A stretch of 64,000 nt of DNA, taken from Omnitrophica WOR_2 bacterium RIFOXYA2_FULL_38_17. GTDB lineage: Bacteria > Omnitrophota > Gorgyraeia > Zapsychrales > Zapsychraceae. Shown piece by piece: positions 61,303 to 64,000 of this stretch. The notes beneath the pieces were generated by a model that saw only the letters and a list, made by a program, of their open reading frames with translations, was not told where the DNA came from and did no database searches. The stretch is from contig MHHG01000075.1 in NCBI GenBank assembly GCA_001805965.1, positions 8,826 to 72,825 on the forward strand, given 5' to 3'. Position 1 is the stretch's first letter. Each line of letters opens with the position of its first letter. A program made the translations under genes and the position numbers.

Positions 61303-62604
61303 TTAAATTTGATCCTTATATTTTTTCCAGGTCAACGTGATCAGCTCCTCCATAACGTCATCACTTGTGATAGCTCCCTGCAATATCCCGTCCTCATCAA
61401 GGACAGGAATTGAAGAAAACTTATATTTCTCCAACAACAAAGCTACCTCCTCCATACCGTCATCCAGCCTGACAAAAACATCACTCGGATAGCAAGCTTC
61501 CATTAACGGCCTTGATGGGTCTTTATTGATAAAATGCCTCAAAGATGTAATCCCTTTCAACGCATGCTTCTCATCAACTATATATATGTGGAATAAATTC
61601 CCGGGATAATCAACATTGTCCTTTATTTTCTGTATAGCATCCTTCACAAGAGCATCCGCCCCAAGATACAAATATTCAGTTGTCATTAAACCACCCGCTG
61701 TATCCTGCGCATAACCAAGAAGCATTCGAAGCTTCTTTGAAGTTTTTGAATGCATAAATCGCATCAACTGCTTGGTCTTCTCTTTTGGTAAATTATGAAG
61801 CAAATCCGTAGCCTCATCAGCTGGAATGTTTTCAAGCAGGTCACCTGCTTCCCTGTCTCCCAGGTGATCGACAAGCTCTTCTTTTTCTTGGATGGCCATA
61901 TCGGCAAAGACTTTTCTCTGAAGATCAACACTAAAGGTCTTGAACAAGGATAGTTTGTCAAAAACATCCAGGTCTTCCATAATATCTGCGAGCTCTGCCG
62001 CCGGGATCTTCGCCAACCGGTTACGGACGATATCCGAACGGATAACATTCTTTGTTCTTCCCAATGTCAGAACGTGCGTATTTTTCCAGGAGATCAACTC
62101 TTCCTGTTTAAGGTATTTCGCCTCTGGGGCAAAAAGCTTAACAATAAAATCAACAAACCCTGTCCATTCAAGCCTTCTTATAAGTCCTCGCAAACCAACA
62201 TCAACGTGCGCAAGGTAAAGCTGTCTATCAACCATCATCAAATGGACATCATTGACACGAACAACCTTCTGATCATTCATATCAACTACCTGCTGGTCAA
62301 GGATATCAAAACATAAAGAAAACTCAGGCCTTATACTATCTTTACTGTACTCCATCTTAGATCTATCAATATTCAGTTTTATTCTATATCCAACCCTCTT
62401 AATAACATTCAAATAGATCTTTGCATATTGCTTTTTAAAGACCCCTTTTTGAATAATGAAATATTCTGCCATCGGAAAGACAGCTTCGTTCAATCGCATT
62501 GAAATATCGCATACTTTCCCCGCATATTGTTTATTCTCGAAATAAACCTTTCTGCCTAAAAGCTCAGATAAATATGTAAATAGTTTCATAAGAGAACCCT
62601 TCAA
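61303..62604 (-). CDS. Soluble MgtE-N plus tandem CBS domain protein with an N-terminal beta-barrel-like region; no transmembrane channel domain
   Basis: An MgtE_N-like helical segment ('AELADIMEDLDVFDKLSLFKTF...') is followed by two CBS motifs ('LKGITSLRHFI', 'SIPVLDEDGILQGAITSDDVME'). The protein ends without TM helices. Confidence 0.6.
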   Translation of the reverse strand: MKGSLMKLFTYLSELLGRKVYFENKQYAGKVCDISMRLNEAVFPMAEYFIIQKGVFKKQYAKIYLNVIKRVGYRIKLNIDRSKMEYSKDSIRPEFSLCFDILDQQVVDMNDQKVVRVNDVHLMMVDRQLYLAHVDVGLRGLIRRLEWTGFVDFIVKLFAPEAKYLKQEELISWKNTHVLTLGRTKNVIRSDIVRNRLAKIPAAELADIMEDLDVFDKLSLFKTFSVDLQRKVFADMAIQEKEELVDHLGDREAGDLLENIPADEATDLLHNLPKEKTKQLMRFMHSKTSKKLRMLLGYAQDTAGGLMTTEYLYLGADALVKDAIQKIKDNVDYPGNLFHIYIVDEKHALKGITSLRHFINKDPSRPLMEACYPSDVFVRLDDGMEEVALLLEKYKFSSIPVLDEDGILQGAITSDDVMEELITLTWKKYKDQI

Positions 62605-62631
62605 CGCTATAGTACATACTTTTTAAATGCA

Positions 62632-63294
62632 CTATCTTCTTTTTAAAACACCATTTTTAGGGCAATATTTTTCTATCGAACAAATAGAACATAATGGGGA
62701 AATTGGCTTGCAGATATTTTGTCCCCAGACAACCAGTAGAGCATTATACTCAATCCAATGCTTTTTATCCAACTTTTTTCTTAAGACTTGCTCCGTATCA
62801 TTTGGAGAAACTGTTTTCACATATCCAAAACGATTTGATATCCTATGCACATGCGTATCAACGCATATGCCTAATTTTTTGTAACCTTCCGTTAACACTA
62901 AGTTTGCAGTTTTTCTTCCAACGCCCTTTAAAGTGAGAAGCTCGTCAAGGTTGTCAGGAACTTCTCCATCAAAATCTTCGATTATCGTTTTGCTAACATC
63001 TTTGATCCCGGCGGCTTTGCGCTTATAAAAGCCAACCGGGAATATGGTCTTTTCGATTAATTTTGTATCCAATGCCAGCAGCTCTTTGGGCGTTTTCGCC
63101 AGTTCAAATAATCTTTCCGATGCTGGAAGAGTGACTTCATCCTTTGTTCTTAAGCTTAACAGACATGATATCAAAACTAAGAACGGGCTGTTCCATTTCT
63201 TGCCTACCATAGTTACAGACGGCTCATTAAAATCTTTTATCTGGTCCTTAATAATAGAAATTACGTTACTAATATTTTTATTGTTAATCGTCAT
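62632..63294 (-). CDS. nth: Endonuclease III (HhH-GPD with a 4Fe-4S cluster)
   Basis: 'LKGVGRKTANLV' HhH-GPD and C-terminal 'CKPISPLCSICSIEKYC'. Confidence 0.9.
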   Translation of the reverse strand: MTINNKNISNVISIIKDQIKDFNEPSVTMVGKKWNSPFLVLISCLLSLRTKDEVTLPASERLFELAKTPKELLALDTKLIEKTIFPVGFYKRKAAGIKDVSKTIIEDFDGEVPDNLDELLTLKGVGRKTANLVLTEGYKKLGICVDTHVHRISNRFGYVKTVSPNDTEQVLRKKLDKKHWIEYNALLVVWGQNICKPISPLCSICSIEKYCPKNGVLKRR

Positions 63295-63964
63295 CTTTTT
63301 TCAGTATTATCTTTTTTGGTATGCCGATGTCAGCAACCACTACCTTCCCAGAAAATTTTATTCCTTGCCCACACAACAAGCCTTTCTTTGGCAAGCTGAA
63401 AGTAACTGTTTTGTCAGCCTGCACACATATCCCGTAAACAGTGCCATTTGTTCCGTCTAATCCGGATGGTATATCAACAGAAACAACTTTCTTTGAGAAT
63501 TCATTTATTACTTCCACCGCCTCATAAAACGTACCAGCAAGGTCCCTGTTTAAACCTACGCCAAATATCGCATCGACAGTAACATCGGCCTTTTTAATTT
63601 CATCTATCATGGCCTTATTTACACTTTTAACTTCTGTTGCCTGGATATTTAATTTCCTGGCTATCTCGTAATTGATCTTTGCATCATTTTTCAGATTTTC
63701 GGATCCTCCCAGCATAAAGATCTTAACATCTGCATCCATCTCATTAAGATGCCTAGCCACAACCAAACCATCTCCCGCATTATTACCCGATCCGCAAACA
63801 ATAACAACTTTCGCTTTTTTATTCTTTGGAAGCATCCTTTTAACTTCTTGGGAAACCGCCCTTCCTGCATTTTCCATTAAGACAATGGACGCAATGCCAT
63901 ATTTGTTAATAGCAATGTCATCAATTTTCTGGACCTGCTTCACTGTTACAGAGCTTTTATTCAT
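63284..63964 (-). CDS. nnrE: NAD(P)H-hydrate epimerase (YjeF-N domain only)
   Basis: 'VVIVCGSGNNAGDGLVVARHL' signature; 226 aa. It overlaps nth by 11 nt. Confidence 0.8.
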   Translation of the reverse strand: MNKSSVTVKQVQKIDDIAINKYGIASIVLMENAGRAVSQEVKRMLPKNKKAKVVIVCGSGNNAGDGLVVARHLNEMDADVKIFMLGGSENLKNDAKINYEIARKLNIQATEVKSVNKAMIDEIKKADVTVDAIFGVGLNRDLAGTFYEAVEVINEFSKKVVSVDIPSGLDGTNGTVYGICVQADKTVTFSLPKKGLLCGQGIKFSGKVVVADIGIPKKIILKKDDD

Positions 63965-64000
63965 TTCCTTTCTCCGCTTTATGATCTTGTATTTGCTTTA

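Overview
This 64-kb window is a chromosomal segment of about 40% GC, probably from a diderm bacterium: it carries lnt, lptE-like, bamD-like, bamE-like and LpxL-like envelope genes. It is densely coding, and nearly all genes lie on the minus strand, consistent with leading-strand co-orientation. Most genes are core housekeeping: purN, hppA (membrane pyrophosphatase), lnt, secA, prfB (with its programmed +1 frameshift), pilT, ogt-like MGMT, a uvrC-like gene, murJ, rpsT, holA, comEA/comEC, leuS, thiS-thiG-thiH and thiF, mnmG, mnmE, folC, purH, rpsU (below the ORF-track size cutoff), mntH and nth. Two tRNAs, Thr-CGU and Phe-GAA, sit on the minus strand. The main accessory feature is a LacI-associated glycan-utilisation locus at about 43.1-53.2 kb. 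It encodes a solute-binding protein, two ABC permeases, a GH2-like hydrolase and secreted proteins sharing an unrecognised ~125-aa helical module that occurs three times. Other points of interest are inverted arrays of GACTATA-like heptamers between prfB and secA, a structured transcribed spacer between the two tRNAs, an acidic tandem-repeat secreted protein next to an SPFH gene, a LemA/DUF2207 pair, a membrane-anchored receiver-only response regulator, and two tandem PilZ genes. No CRISPR array, integrase or transposase was seen. Many short track ORFs are shadows of larger genes. The line numbering is internally consistent to within 1 nt near 50.1 kb, where track coordinates were used. Window coordinates and translations were computed and inspected by hand; family and domain assignments rest on visible motifs and have not been confirmed by profile searches.
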